From an uncultured Planctomycetota bacterium (GTDB lineage: Bacteria > Planctomycetota > PLA2 > JAEUHO01), in contig CAVVXN010000005.1 in the NCBI GenBank assembly GCA_963752285.1, positions 1,984,001 through 2,048,000 on the forward strand: DNA of 64,000 nucleotides, written 5' to 3'. This document shows, one piece after another, positions 10,324 to 21,377 of this stretch; position 1 is the first letter of the stretch; each line of letters starts with the position of its first letter. The translations under genes and the position numbers were made by a program. The notes beneath the pieces are model-generated. The model did no database searches and had not been told where the DNA came from. It was given only the letters and a program-made list of their open reading frames with translations.

Positions 10324-10623
10324 TCACCACCCGGAGGCGCGGTGGATCTCGAAGGACCCGACCCTCGTCGTCGCCGGGACGTCCGCGACCTCGACGCTCT
10401 CGACCTTCGCGGCCGGGGGGCCGTGCCGCGCCCACAGGAGGAGCTGGTCGACGTCCTTCGAAGGCCCCTCGGCCTCGAGCTCGACCGTCCCGTCGGCCCG
10501 GTTCCGAACCCAACCGGCGAGGCCGAGGCGCGTCGCCTCCGCCTGCGTCGATGCGCGGAAGCACACACCCTGGACGCGTCCGCGCACGACCGCGCGCACC
10601 CGTCGTCTCTCGACCTCGCCCAC
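10324..10623 (-). CDS. acyP: Acylphosphatase
   Basis: GRVQGVCFR and GWVRNRADGTVE signatures; GTG start after GGGAGG. Confidence 0.92.
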   Translation of the reverse strand: MGEVERRRVRAVVRGRVQGVCFRASTQAEATRLGLAGWVRNRADGTVELEAEGPSKDVDQLLLWARHGPPAAKVESVEVADVPATTRVGSFEIHRASGW

Positions 10624-10643
10624 GTCGTGCCTCCCCGCGGAGC

Positions 10644-12071
10644 TCAACAATGGACCAGCTGGATCAGGCTCGTCGCGCCCGCGGGGTCACGGGCCCCGCC
10701 CATCACGGCCACGGCGCGCTCGCCCGCCTGGAGGGCGCCGCTCTCCCGCAGGTGCTCCACGACGTGCTGCACGATGACGTCGGTGTGCCGCGCGCCGTCG
10801 AGCAGCACGGTCCGAACGCCCCAGGCGAGCGCGAGGCGCCGCACGACGTCCGCGCTCGGTGCGAACGCGTGGATCCGGGCCGCCGGCCGCTCCTTCGAGA
10901 GACGCACGGCGCTGCTCCCCGTGCGCGTGAACACGACGATCGCCGCCGCGCCGGCCTCGCGCGCGAGGTCCACGGCCGCCCGCACGACGTGCTGGTCGGG
11001 ACGCCCCGGCCAGCGCGTCGGCGCGGGGAGGCTCCCGCGGCCCGCGTAGGGCGCCGAGGGGTCGGCCTCGGCGGCGGCCAGGATCCGCGCCATCGTCTCG
11101 ACGACGAGCACCGGGTGCTCGCCCACCGCGGTCTCGCCCGAGAGCATCACCGCGTCGGCTCCCTGGAAGACCGCGCCCGCGACGTCGCTCGCCTCGGCGC
11201 GCGTCGGGCGCAGGCGGTGCGTCATCGAGTCGAGCATCTCCGTCGCGACCACGGCGGGCTTGGCCCCGCGCCGCGCGGCGTCGAGCACGCGACGCTGGGC
11301 CGACGGCACGTTCTCGACCCCGACGTCGATCGCGAGGTCCCCGCGCGCGACGATGAGCGCGTCGGCGCGCTCGACGATGCGATCGAGGGCGTCGAGCGCC
11401 TCGCGCCGCTCGATCTTCGCGACCGCGAGGAGGCTTCGCCCGCCCGCCGTCACGAGGGCCTCCTTCAGCCGGCTCATGTCCTCCGCGGTACGTACGAAGG
11501 ACTGGGCGATCATGTCCACGCCGGCGGCGACGCCGACCCGGAGCAGGTCGCGGTCACGACCCGTCGGGACGGCGGCCGGGACCGAGACGCCGGAGAGATG
11601 CACGCCCATCCCCGTCCGGACCTCGCCGCCCTCGAGCACTTCGAGCGACAGGGCGTCGGGCTCCACGCGCTTCACGAGCAGGCGCTCCCGCCCGTCTCCG
11701 AGCTGCACCATGTCGCCGGCGCGGACCGCGCCGATCGTCTGGAGCGAGCGGACCGGGATGCGGTCGCCCCGGCTCGGTTCGGGCTCGGCGTCCAGGCGGA
11801 GGGTCTGGCCGGGCCGGATCTCGAACCGATCGCCCTCGACCTCGCCCACCCGGAGCTTCGGGCCGGGCAGGTCGAGGAGCACCCCGACCTCCCGCCCGGC
11901 TCGGGACGCGGCGCTCCGCACCCGCTCGACCCACTGGCCCACCTGCTCGTCCGTGACGAGCGCGCCGTTCACCCGGAACACGTCGGCCCCGGCCTCGACG
12001 AGGCCCTGGAGGACGGCCACGTCCTCCGTGGCGGGTCCGACGGTGCAGCAGATCTTCGTCCGGGGGTCCAT
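10644..12071 (-). CDS. pyk: Pyruvate kinase
   Basis: RTKICCTVGPA, DLPGPKLR, AKIE, ARGDL, PTRAEASDV and MLSGETA motifs. Confidence 0.96.
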   Translation of the reverse strand: MDPRTKICCTVGPATEDVAVLQGLVEAGADVFRVNGALVTDEQVGQWVERVRSAASRAGREVGVLLDLPGPKLRVGEVEGDRFEIRPGQTLRLDAEPEPSRGDRIPVRSLQTIGAVRAGDMVQLGDGRERLLVKRVEPDALSLEVLEGGEVRTGMGVHLSGVSVPAAVPTGRDRDLLRVGVAAGVDMIAQSFVRTAEDMSRLKEALVTAGGRSLLAVAKIERREALDALDRIVERADALIVARGDLAIDVGVENVPSAQRRVLDAARRGAKPAVVATEMLDSMTHRLRPTRAEASDVAGAVFQGADAVMLSGETAVGEHPVLVVETMARILAAAEADPSAPYAGRGSLPAPTRWPGRPDQHVVRAAVDLAREAGAAAIVVFTRTGSSAVRLSKERPAARIHAFAPSADVVRRLALAWGVRTVLLDGARHTDVIVQHVVEHLRESGALQAGERAVAVMGGARDPAGATSLIQLVHC

Positions 12072-12210
12072 CGCCGGCACCCTCCCACGAGCCACAGATC
12101 CGCGCGAGTGTACCGTCCGCGGGCCGCGGGCCTCGACACGCCGACGCAAAGTGGCCCGGGGCGCGCGGGGCCACGGTACGCTTGGCCGTTTCGACGCGAC
12201 TTCCACCTCC

Positions 12211-14028
12211 ATGCCGATCGACGCGCTCAGAAACGTCGCCGTGGTCGCCCACGTGGACCACGGCAAGACCACCCTGGTCGACCGCCTCCTCGTGACGGCC
12301 GGCGCCGTGGCGTCGTTGCCCGAGAACCAGGCGCTCCTGATGGACAGCAACGACCTGGAGCGCGAGCGCGGGATCACGATCTTCTCGAAGAACTGCGCGA
12401 TCGACTACCGCGGGGTCAAGATCAACCTGATCGACACGCCCGGTCACGCCGACTTCGGCGGCCAGGTGGAGCGCGTGCTGCGAATGGCCGACGCCGTCCT
12501 CCTGCTGGTGGACGCGTTCGAGGGCCCGCTCCCGCAGACCCGGTTCGTGCTGCGCAAGGCCCGCGAGGCGGGTCTCCGACCCCTCGTCGTGATCAACAAG
12601 GTCGACCGGAAGGACGCGCGCCCGCTCGAGGTGCTCGACCTCGTCTACGACTTGTTCATCGATCTCGGCGCCGACGAGCACGAGCTCGAGTTCCCGGTGG
12701 TCTACGCCTCCGGCCGCCAGGGCGTCTCCGGCCCCGCGCCCGATCAGCTCCAGCCGAACCTCCTCCCGGTCCTCGACGCGATCCTCGCGCACGTCCCGCC
12801 CCCGAGCGGCGACGCGGGCGGCACGACCGACCTCCCCGTCTGCGACGTGGACGTGGACCCGTACCTCGGACGCATCGCCGTGGGCCGCCTCGAGGGGGGC
12901 ACGCTGCGCTCCGGCGACAAGGTGCTCGTGCTGGGCCCCGACGGCGCGCGGAAGACCGTCGGGCCCGCGCAGCTCTTCGTCTTCCGGGGGATGGGCCGCG
13001 CGGGCGCCGACGAGATACGCGCCGGCGACATCGCCGCGGTCGCGGGCATGGAGGGCGTCGAGATCGGCGACACGCTGACCGACCCCGAGCGACCCGCCGC
13101 GCCGCGCCCGCTCCGGATCGAGAGCCCCACGCTCGCGATGGAGTTCCGCGTGAACGCCTCGCCGGTCGCCGGCCAGGAGGGGCGGTTCGTGACGTCGCGG
13201 CAGATTCGCGCGCGCCTCGACCGCGCCGCGCGCGCCGACGTGGCGCTCCAGGTGCTCGACGGCGACGAGCCGGACGGCTGGGAAGTCCGCGGACGCGGCA
13301 TCCTCCACCTCGGGATCCTCGTCGAGACGCTCCGGCGCGAGGGCTACGAGTTCGCCGTCGGTCGCCCGCGTGTCCTCTTCCACGAGACGGACGACGGACT
13401 GGAGGAGCCGATCGAGACGGTGAACGTGGAGGTCCCGCCGAACGACGCCGGGCGCGTGATCGAGATGCTCGGACGCCGGCGCGGCGAGCTGATCCACATG
13501 GAGACGCGCGGCGACCTGGCGTTCCTCGAGTTCGAGGTGCCCTCGCGCGGCCTGATCGGGCTCCGCTCGCGCCTGCTCAGCGCGACGCGCGGCGAGGCGG
13601 TGATCCACAGCGTGTTCAAGGCCTACGGCCCCCACCGCGGCGACATCCCCGCGCGGACCACGGGCAGCCTGATGGCCTCCGAGGGCGGTCGCGTGACCGC
13701 GTACGCGCTGAACGCCCTCGCGGACCGCGGCCCGTTCTTCGTGGACGCGGGAGAGGCGGTCTACGAGGGCCAGGTGGTCGGCGAGCACCGTCGCGACGAC
13801 GACGTGCTCGTGAACCCGTGCCGCCGCAAGCACCTCACGAACATGCGCGCGGCCGGCTCGGACGACAAGGCCGACTACGCCCCGCCGGTGCGCCTGGGCG
13901 TCGAGGCGTCGCTCGAGTTCCTCGCGAACGACGAGCTCCTCGAGGTGACGCCGCAGAGCCTCCGGCTGCGGAAGCGGCTCCTGAAGGAGGCCGACCGCCG
14001 CCGCGCGGCCCGCGCCGCGCGCACCTGA
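12211..14028 (+). CDS. typA: Translational GTPase TypA/BipA
   Basis: [29 protein letters not shown] and GRGILHLGI motifs; C-terminal KHLTNMRA...EVTP. Confidence 0.96.
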   Translation: MPIDALRNVAVVAHVDHGKTTLVDRLLVTAGAVASLPENQALLMDSNDLERERGITIFSKNCAIDYRGVKINLIDTPGHADFGGQVERVLRMADAVLLLVDAFEGPLPQTRFVLRKAREAGLRPLVVINKVDRKDARPLEVLDLVYDLFIDLGADEHELEFPVVYASGRQGVSGPAPDQLQPNLLPVLDAILAHVPPPSGDAGGTTDLPVCDVDVDPYLGRIAVGRLEGGTLRSGDKVLVLGPDGARKTVGPAQLFVFRGMGRAGADEIRAGDIAAVAGMEGVEIGDTLTDPERPAAPRPLRIESPTLAMEFRVNASPVAGQEGRFVTSRQIRARLDRAARADVALQVLDGDEPDGWEVRGRGILHLGILVETLRREGYEFAVGRPRVLFHETDDGLEEPIETVNVEVPPNDAGRVIEMLGRRRGELIHMETRGDLAFLEFEVPSRGLIGLRSRLLSATRGEAVIHSVFKAYGPHRGDIPARTTGSLMASEGGRVTAYALNALADRGPFFVDAGEAVYEGQVVGEHRRDDDVLVNPCRRKHLTNMRAAGSDDKADYAPPVRLGVEASLEFLANDELLEVTPQSLRLRKRLLKEADRRRAARAART

Positions 14029-14053
14029 GCCGCGGACTCTCGCGGACCCGTCG

Positions 14054-14896
14054 TCACTCGGCGGCGTCCTGCCATTGATCGTGGGTCGCGTGGCGGTCGA
14101 TGTACGCGACCGCCTTGTCCACGCTGTCGGTCAAGAGCCAGAGGTCGAGGTCGCGCTCGTCGATCGCCCCGGCCGCGAGCATCGACTGCTGCAGCCACTG
14201 TACGAGGCCCGCGTAGTACTCCTTGCCGAAGAGCACGAGCGGGACGCGTCGCGTCTTGCGCGTCTGGATGAGCGTCAACGCCTCGAAGAGCTCGTCCATC
14301 GTGCCGAAGCCGCCCGGCGAGATCACCACCGCCGACGCGAATTTCATGAACATCATCTTGCGCACGAAGAAGTACTTGAACTCCAGACCGACGTCGAGAT
14401 AGCGGTTGAGCTTCTGCTCGGCCGGCAGATTGATGCCGAGGCCGACGGAACGACCGCCGCCGCGACGCGCCCCCTTGTTGGCTGCCTCCATGATCCCGGG
14501 CCCGCCGCCCGTGACGATCGTGTACCCCTGCGCGGCGAGCGCGCGAGAGAGCTCGACGGTCGAGCCGTACGCGGGACTCGAGCGCGGCATCCGCGAGCTG
14601 CCGAAGATCGTGACCGCGCGCTCGATCCCGCGGAGCTCGTCCACGGCCTCGACGAACTCCGAGATGATCCGAAAGATGCGCCACATCTCCCGGGCGTCGC
14701 CGCCCTTGTCGATGGTCGGGTCCTCGCCCTTCCGGAGCACGCGCCCAACGTCCGTCGAGGCGCGGAGCACGCTGTCGCCGACGCCGGCCTTGAGCTGCGT
14801 GGCGCGGGCGCGCTCGGCGTCCGCGCCCCCGTCCGCGAGCGCCTCGGCGCCGGGGGTTCGACGGGGACGACGGCGGTTCTTCCGGGGCTCGGGCAT
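14054..14896 (-). CDS. LOG family nucleotide monophosphate nucleosidase (TIGR00730-like)
   Basis: FGSSR, TGGGPGIMEAAN, FFVRK and PGGFGTMDE motifs. Confidence 0.92.
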   Translation of the reverse strand: MPEPRKNRRRPRRTPGAEALADGGADAERARATQLKAGVGDSVLRASTDVGRVLRKGEDPTIDKGGDAREMWRIFRIISEFVEAVDELRGIERAVTIFGSSRMPRSSPAYGSTVELSRALAAQGYTIVTGGGPGIMEAANKGARRGGGRSVGLGINLPAEQKLNRYLDVGLEFKYFFVRKMMFMKFASAVVISPGGFGTMDELFEALTLIQTRKTRRVPLVLFGKEYYAGLVQWLQQSMLAAGAIDERDLDLWLLTDSVDKAVAYIDRHATHDQWQDAAE

Positions 14897-15235
14897 CGGG
14901 ACTCCGGGCGGGAGGGCTCGGACGGGTACGAGCGGGGCAGGATACCCGCCGCCCGCTCGCGCCCCGCGGCGGCGTTTCCTGGCGCGCCGACTCGTTACCG
15001 CGTCGTAGCGCCGGGCCGGGCGCGCCGCCGACAAGACACCGCGTCGATGGGGTCTCCCGGTCACAACCCCTTGGCAAGGCGCCACTTGACGCCGCATCCC
15101 CAGGATGACACCCTCTCGGGATGCCCCCCGCGGCGTGGCATCCGGGGTGCATGGTAGACCAACGCCTCCCCGGATCCCGCGAAGCGACTTCGCGGGGCGA
15201 GCAGTTGCGGTCCCACGAATCGGAGTCTTCCCTCC

Positions 15236-17323
15236 ATGAAGCGCATCGTCCTCACCGCCACCGGCGTCGTGCTCGCGATGGGCATCTTCGCCCTCCCGGC
15301 CCTCGCCCACGGTGGCCAGTTCCGCGGGCCGGGTGACGGCGTACCGCCCGGGCTGCGCGAGCCGTCGGATCCCACGCCGCCGCCGCCGCCGCCCCCGAGC
15401 GGTCCGCCGACGACGCCCACGCCCACCACACCGTCCTCGACGCCCACGCCGGCCACGCCGACGACGCCGACCACGGCGCCCCCGCCGACCACGACGCCGA
15501 CGTCGCCGACGCACCAGCCGAGGACGTCACAGCCGTCCTTCGAGGACTGGACGTTCTGGTACCACAACAACAAGGCGGACATCGAAGAGCTGAAGTCGCG
15601 TCTGTACAAGGTTCGCGGCTCGGACAACCCGCTGTTCCACACGGGCGACGAGACCGACTCGGGCCGCACGGCCGCGACCCGCATGACGCAGAAGAAGGTC
15701 CAGGACGCCATCATCCCGGCCCTCCTCTGGGCCATGGACCCGAAGAACTCCGGCTACCAGGACACCGAGTCGGCGGCGTACATCGCGCTGGCGAAGGTCG
15801 CGACCGACCTCGAGCAGATCAAGCTCATCGAGGACGGCCTCGACAAGGACAAGAAGCACGACGTGATCGTGCAGGAGTCCGCCGCGCTCGCGCTCGGTCT
15901 GTTGCGCCGCGCCGATCCCGCCAAGCAGTTCACCGCCCGCGACCTCGACAACGTGCGGACGTTCCTCTTCAAGGTCTTCGAGGACAAGGACTACAAGACG
16001 CGCACGCGTGGCTTCGCCGTCGTCGCGATCGGGCTCCTCGGCGACCAGCCCACCGGATCGGGTGACTACGCGAACGACGTCGATGCGGCTGCCCGCGCCA
16101 CGACGAAGCACCTCTTCGACCTGCTGCAGGAGAAGTACGCCGACGAGAACCTGGCCGTCGGCCTCCTGATGGCCATCGGCCTCCAGCCCCACACGTCGGT
16201 AGACAAGGACCAGCGCGACGCGCTGGCCGAGGCCGCCGTCAAGGGCCGGCTCTACAAGGACAACGTCAGCGAGCTGACGCGGGCCTACGCCGCGCACACC
16301 CTGGGACAGATCGGCACGATCACGGACATCAAGGTCCTCGAGACCGTGCTCACCACGCGCCGGGGGATGGGCAAGAACATCCAGCGTTCGGCCGCGATCG
16401 GCCTCGGCCTCCTCGGCCGTCTGGTCAGCGGGTCGGACCGCGTGGACACGGCCAAGATCCTTCTCGACACGGTGAAGAAGTCGAAGGACCCGAGCACGAC
16501 CAACTTCGGGATCATCAGCCTCGCGTACCTCATCATCGACGACATCCAGACGCAGACCACCGACGTGGTCGGCAACACGACCGCCGACGAGAAGCTGCTC
16601 GAGCTCGCGGAGAAGGGCAATTACATGGAGCGGCCGTTCGGCGCGCTCGCCCTCGCGCTGATCCTCCGCGCGATGCCCGACGACCTCGAGATCGACCGCT
16701 ACCAGCAGTTCAAGGAGGAAGCGCTCAAGGTCCTCCGCGCGGGCGTCGCCGAGGGCAAGGGCGACAAGAAGACGCAGGCCGCGTTCTGCACCGCCGTCGG
16801 GATCGCCCACGACGACCGCAGCCGCGAGGCCCTCCGTCAGATCGTCGACGACAAGAAGGAAGACAAGATGCTCCGCGGCTACGCGTGCCTCGGGCTCGGT
16901 CTGATCGGCCTCCCGACCAAGGAGATCACGCAGTCGATCGCCGACGCGATGCGTGAGAGGTCCTCGGAGGACCTGCGGCGCCAGTCCGCGGTGGCCCTCG
17001 GCCTGCTCGGCCCGACCACCGTCGGCGGCACCGGCAAGACCGCGATCGAGCTCCTGCTCGAGGAGCTGAAGGAGGCGAAGAGCCAGGCCCACAAGGGTCA
17101 GGTCGTCCTCGCGCTCGCCAGCATCGGCAACGAGAAGGCCGTGGACCCGCTCGTCGAGATCCTGAAGAGCAAGAGCGAGCAGGACCTCACGCGCGCCCTC
17201 GCGTGCGCGGGCCTCGGCCTCATCGGGGACCTCGAGTGGATCCCCTCGCTCGCCCGCGCGAGCACCAACGTGAACTACCGCGCGTCCACCGACCTGGTGA
17301 ACGAGCTGCTCTCCATCCTGTAG
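15236..17323 (+). CDS. Secreted HEAT-repeat protein with Pro/Thr-rich linker
   Basis: Signal peptide ending ALA-HGG; PT-rich tract; repeated AALALG-type helices; strongly biased codon usage. Confidence 0.85.
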   Translation: MKRIVLTATGVVLAMGIFALPALAHGGQFRGPGDGVPPGLREPSDPTPPPPPPPSGPPTTPTPTTPSSTPTPATPTTPTTAPPPTTTPTSPTHQPRTSQPSFEDWTFWYHNNKADIEELKSRLYKVRGSDNPLFHTGDETDSGRTAATRMTQKKVQDAIIPALLWAMDPKNSGYQDTESAAYIALAKVATDLEQIKLIEDGLDKDKKHDVIVQESAALALGLLRRADPAKQFTARDLDNVRTFLFKVFEDKDYKTRTRGFAVVAIGLLGDQPTGSGDYANDVDAAARATTKHLFDLLQEKYADENLAVGLLMAIGLQPHTSVDKDQRDALAEAAVKGRLYKDNVSELTRAYAAHTLGQIGTITDIKVLETVLTTRRGMGKNIQRSAAIGLGLLGRLVSGSDRVDTAKILLDTVKKSKDPSTTNFGIISLAYLIIDDIQTQTTDVVGNTTADEKLLELAEKGNYMERPFGALALALILRAMPDDLEIDRYQQFKEEALKVLRAGVAEGKGDKKTQAAFCTAVGIAHDDRSREALRQIVDDKKEDKMLRGYACLGLGLIGLPTKEITQSIADAMRERSSEDLRRQSAVALGLLGPTTVGGTGKTAIELLLEELKEAKSQAHKGQVVLALASIGNEKAVDPLVEILKSKSEQDLTRALACAGLGLIGDLEWIPSLARASTNVNYRASTDLVNELLSIL

Positions 17324-17344
17324 ACGGGAGAGCGCCCTTCCTGG

Positions 17345-17378
17345 ACCGGCCGGCCTTCCGCGAGGGAGGCCGGCCGGT
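17345..17378. terminator. Putative bidirectional terminator hairpin
   Basis: ACCGGCCGGCCTTCC-GCGA-GGGAGGCCGGCCGGT between convergent genes; only a weak U-tract. Confidence 0.65.
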
Positions 17379-17393
17379 TCTCGTAGCGGGGGG

Positions 17394-20195
17394 CTACTTC
17401 GCGGTCCGAACGAGGCGGAATCCCACCCCGGCGGGCGGCGTCCACCCCGTGAGCGCGTCGGCCTCGGTCAGGAGCGCCTTCGCATAGGAGGTCGCGTAGC
17501 CCGCGCCGAGCGCGAGGCGCCCCGTCGTCCCGCGGCAGGTGGCGAGGGTCGCCGTCCACTCCCGGACGCCGCCCGCGAGGTCCATGAGCCCGAAGGGGTT
17601 CCGGTCGGCCGCGACCGTGCCCACGTCCCGGGCGCCGCCGTCGAGGTCGTCGATCGCCAGCCCGAGCCCCACGAGCGCGGGAAAGGGCCCGAGCGGCGTC
17701 GCCCGCCGGTCGCCGCCCGACGCGGCCCACGCCCACTCGGGAGCGGTCGGGAGCCGCGCGCCGTCCGCCGCCGCGAACGCCTCGGCGTCCTCGTACGAGA
17801 TGCCCTGGACCGCGCGGTGGCTCGTGCCGGGCGGAGGGACGAACCGATCGCCGTCCCGCTCCCAGAGGGGGACGCCCGGACCGCCGAGCGCGTCCGGGGA
17901 CCGCGGAACGCGCCGCGTCCGTTCCGCCGGCGCGAGGCCGTCGAGGAACCGAGCGTACCGATCGACCGTGACCTCGAACCGGTCCCAGAGGAGCGCGGGC
18001 ACGTCGGCCGTCCCGAGCGGACCCTCCACGTGCCCCGCGGGCACGTAGACGCGGTCGGGGGCGAGCGCCGCGGGATCGACGGGGAACGTCACGGAGAGCG
18101 CATCCCGGCCCGGGGGCACCGCAAGGGGCAGGTACACGGTGCCGGCGCCCCGTTCGAACGCGAGGACGTACCGGCCGGGCGCAAGGGCCGGCGCCGCGCC
18201 GAGGTCGTTCGGCTCCGACCACGCGACCACGCCGCCGGGGCCGTCCATCGCGTACGCGCGGAGCGCGCCCCCGGTCGGCAGCCCGGGGAACACCAGCGAG
18301 CGCGTCGGTCGCGCGAGGGCGACGAGTCGCTCGGCCTCCTCGCGGTCCGGCCGGGAGGCGTCGGTGAGCAGGGGCTCGATGCGCTGCGCCAGCGTCTCTT
18401 GGAGACGGACGCGCGCATCGTGCGCGGCACCGTCCCGGCCGGCGTCGAAGGCCCGGCCGACCTCGTCCGCGAGGGCCGCGGCCCGGCGGAGCGCTCGCTC
18501 GAGCTCCTCGCGGCGCGCGAGCGTGGCCAGCACGTCGAGCGCGCGGTCCGAGGTCGAGGGATCGCCCGCCGCGCGGCGCGCGGCCGCCTCGATCTCGGCA
18601 TCGGAGAGCTTCCCGGTCCGGAGCCCCTCCTCCGCACGCTCGATCCGGCGGACCGCGCCTTCGCCCGCGGGCGGGGGCGCCCGATCGAAGGCGCCGTTCG
18701 CGGCGAGGAGCACACCAGCCAGCAGGAGCACGAGGAGCGCGGCCGCGGCGCGGCGCTGACGCCCTACGAGGAGGCCCAGCCGGTAGAGCGCGCGGCGCGC
18801 GGGGTCCATCCCGCCGAGGACGGCGCGGGTCGGCCTGCGCTCGAGCCAGGCGACGACGTCGTCCCGCAGGGCGAGGGCGTGTCGATACCGCTGCTCGGGC
18901 GAGACCGCCATCGCGTGACGCACGATCTCGCGGAGGGGACGCGGCGTACGCGCCGGCAGCTCCGAGTACCGGCCGGCGAGGACGTCCTTCTGGAGCTGGT
19001 CGAGTCCCCGCTCGCGACCGCTCGCCACCGCGGAGAGGCGCGCGCGGTAGAGCGCGGCCTCCTTCGCGTCACCCTTTCGGACGGCCTGCTCGACGAGCAT
19101 CCGGAGGCCTTCGATGCGCTCTGGCGTGCTCACGGTGGTGCGTACGGCGGGCGCGAGGGGTGGGGCGCCGGTCAGGAGGTACTGGAGGATCGCGCCGAGC
19201 GCCCAGACGTCGCCACGGCGGTCCACCTCGCCGCGGGCCTGCTCGGGGGGCATGTACACGAGCGTGCCGGTGACCCGCACGCCACCGGAGGCCAGCCGCG
19301 CGGGCGTCTCGGTGGGCAGGTGGGCGAGGCGCTGGTTCTTCCGCTCGACGAGCGAGCAGATGCCGAAGTCGATCACGAACGGTCTCAAACCGTTGCGGTC
19401 GATCAGGACGTTCTCCGGCTTCAGGTCGCGGTGGATCACCCCCTCACGGACGTTCGCGTGATGGATCGCCTCGCAGACCGGGAGGAACACGTGGCGCAGG
19501 ATGCCGTCGAGATTCGAGGCCGGTCGGAGCAGGGGGTCCCGGGCGGCCTGCCCGTCGTGCGCGAACCGCGTGAGGGTCGCGAGGCTCAACGGGTCCTTCA
19601 GGAGCTCCATCGCGAAGTAGCGACTGCGCCCGAGCGTGCCCGAGTCGAAGATCGGCATGATGTGCGGGTGCTGGATGTTTCCCTGCACCTGGACCTCGCG
19701 CTGGAAGCGCACGACGTCGTCGGGCGGCGCGGTGGCGGACAGGACCTTCAGCGCGACGTGCCGGTTGGCCGCCGGGTCGAACGCGCGGTACACGGCCGCC
19801 ATCCCGCCGCGGCCGAGGAGCTCCTCGACCTCGTAGCGCCCCACGCGCTCCCCCATGCCGATCGCCGCGGTGACGCGGGCGTCCGGCGCCTCGGAAGCCC
19901 CCTTCGCCCCCCCCGACCGCGACCTCGGGGCCTTTCGTTTCCCCCGGGGGCGGCTCGCGGGGGGGCGCGTCTTCCGGTTCGGCTGGGACGTCCGCCCTCC
20001 GCCCTCCGTCAGGAGGACGGCCTCGATCGCGCCGTCCTCGCCGGGGCGGAGCCGGAAACGCGCGCCGCAACGGGAGCAGCGCGCCGTGTGAGGTCTCCCC
20101 TCCGCGGTGACGGCCCCGGGATCGACGCGGAATCGCTTGCCGCAGCCGGGACAATGGACGCGCGGCTGGGGCTCGGAGGCGGACGAGTCGTCCAT
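17394..20195 (-). CDS. Ser/Thr protein kinase with N-terminal zinc ribbon, TM helix and C-terminal FGE-sulfatase-like domain
   Basis: CPGC..CSRC; GRGGMA, VALK, HRDLKPEN, DFG and YMPPEQ; TM segment; DRFEVT, RLPTAPEW, NPFGLMDLAGGVREW and GFRL. Confidence 0.9.
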   Translation of the reverse strand: MDDSSASEPQPRVHCPGCGKRFRVDPGAVTAEGRPHTARCSRCGARFRLRPGEDGAIEAVLLTEGGGRTSQPNRKTRPPASRPRGKRKAPRSRSGGAKGASEAPDARVTAAIGMGERVGRYEVEELLGRGGMAAVYRAFDPAANRHVALKVLSATAPPDDVVRFQREVQVQGNIQHPHIMPIFDSGTLGRSRYFAMELLKDPLSLATLTRFAHDGQAARDPLLRPASNLDGILRHVFLPVCEAIHHANVREGVIHRDLKPENVLIDRNGLRPFVIDFGICSLVERKNQRLAHLPTETPARLASGGVRVTGTLVYMPPEQARGEVDRRGDVWALGAILQYLLTGAPPLAPAVRTTVSTPERIEGLRMLVEQAVRKGDAKEAALYRARLSAVASGRERGLDQLQKDVLAGRYSELPARTPRPLREIVRHAMAVSPEQRYRHALALRDDVVAWLERRPTRAVLGGMDPARRALYRLGLLVGRQRRAAAALLVLLLAGVLLAANGAFDRAPPPAGEGAVRRIERAEEGLRTGKLSDAEIEAAARRAAGDPSTSDRALDVLATLARREELERALRRAAALADEVGRAFDAGRDGAAHDARVRLQETLAQRIEPLLTDASRPDREEAERLVALARPTRSLVFPGLPTGGALRAYAMDGPGGVVAWSEPNDLGAAPALAPGRYVLAFERGAGTVYLPLAVPPGRDALSVTFPVDPAALAPDRVYVPAGHVEGPLGTADVPALLWDRFEVTVDRYARFLDGLAPAERTRRVPRSPDALGGPGVPLWERDGDRFVPPPGTSHRAVQGISYEDAEAFAAADGARLPTAPEWAWAASGGDRRATPLGPFPALVGLGLAIDDLDGGARDVGTVAADRNPFGLMDLAGGVREWTATLATCRGTTGRLALGAGYATSYAKALLTEADALTGWTPPAGVGFRLVRTAK

Positions 20196-20296
20196 GCGAG
20201 GTCGGAGGATACGAGGCTGGAGACTCGGGGGCCAGCCGACCGACACAGAGGAAGGGCTTGTCGCCTCCCGATCCTCTGACCACGATGAGACGGCAG

Positions 20297-21373
20297 ATGG
20301 ACGACGCCCTCCCCCCGGCCCCCGACCGATCGAGTCGGCCGCCCCCGAAAGGTGAGCGCCGCGCGACGTCGGGACCGGCACCGGCTCGGCCGAAAGCGGC
20401 GAGCGCCGCGGAGGGACCCCGCGCGGCGACGCCCGACCGCCCGCGCGAGGCGCCGGTGATCCGGGCGCTCGTGGTCGAGGGCGGCGCGGTCGAGCGACGG
20501 CTCCTCGGCGCGATCGCCGAGGGGCAGGGCCTACAGGTGCGCGAGGTCGCCGACGGCGCGACCGCGGTGCGCGCGGCCGAGGCCGAGGTGCCCGACGTCA
20601 TCCTCCTCGACATGGAGCTCCCCGACGCCGACGGGCTCCGCATCCTCTCCCAGCTGCACTCCGAGCATCCGGACGTACCGGTGGTGGTCCTGGCCCACCC
20701 CTCCGACGCGGACCGGATCGAGGCCGCGCTGGACCTCGGCGCCGTGAACTTCGTGTGCAAGCCGGTGAAGCCCCGCGAGATCGTGTTCGTGATCGACCGG
20801 ATCCGCCGGGCGCTCCGCGCGGAGGCCGGCCTGACCGAGGTGCTCGAGGTCATCGTGGACCGGACGACGCGCCTCGAGGTGCCCTGCGACCTCGGCCTGA
20901 TCCCGAGGGTGGTGTCGCTCCTCGGCCGTGAGCTCCAGCACCACTACCCCGGGTTCCGCGTCCCGACCTCGGACGTGAAGCTCGCGCTCTACGAGGCCCT
21001 CGCGAACGCCATGGAGCACGGCAGCCTGGAGATCGACTTCGAAGGCAAGGCGGAAGCGATGATCGACCCGGGCGGCCTCCAGGAGCTGGTGCGCCGCCGG
21101 CAGGAGGATCCCCGGTTCCGCGGGCGCAAGGTGCACGTAGACGTGCACTACGGCGCAGAGCGCGTCGAGTACGTGGTCCGAGACGACGGCCCGGGCTTCG
21201 ACCCGCGGCGCTTCGTGCGCCGCGAGGCGCTGACCGACGTTCAGGCACTCCACGGGCGCGGGCTCGCGCTGATTCGTCACTACATGAACGACGTCCGCTG
21301 GAACGACGCGGGCAACGAGATCCGGATGGCGCGGCGCCTCGCGCGCCGCCACGAACAAAACGGCGGCCGGTAG
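20297..21373 (+). CDS. Receiver domain fused to RsbW-like HATPase (anti-sigma kinase) domain
   Basis: ILLDMELPDADG...CKP receiver; EALANAMEHG, DDGPGFD and GRGL. Start codon uncertain. Confidence 0.85.
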   Translation: MDDALPPAPDRSSRPPPKGERRATSGPAPARPKAASAAEGPRAATPDRPREAPVIRALVVEGGAVERRLLGAIAEGQGLQVREVADGATAVRAAEAEVPDVILLDMELPDADGLRILSQLHSEHPDVPVVVLAHPSDADRIEAALDLGAVNFVCKPVKPREIVFVIDRIRRALRAEAGLTEVLEVIVDRTTRLEVPCDLGLIPRVVSLLGRELQHHYPGFRVPTSDVKLALYEALANAMEHGSLEIDFEGKAEAMIDPGGLQELVRRRQEDPRFRGRKVHVDVHYGAERVEYVVRDDGPGFDPRRFVRREALTDVQALHGRGLALIRHYMNDVRWNDAGNEIRMARRLARRHEQNGGR

Positions 21374-21377
21374 CGCG

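Noticed and set aside
14900..15235. Riboswitch or ncRNA in the long divergent intergenic region
   Set aside because: It has hairpins (for example CCCGCGAAG-CGA-CTTCGCGGG) but no recognisable family motif, and such stems are common at this GC content.
15370..15530. Tandem DNA repeat
   Set aside because: It is the Pro/Thr-rich coding linker of the HEAT protein.
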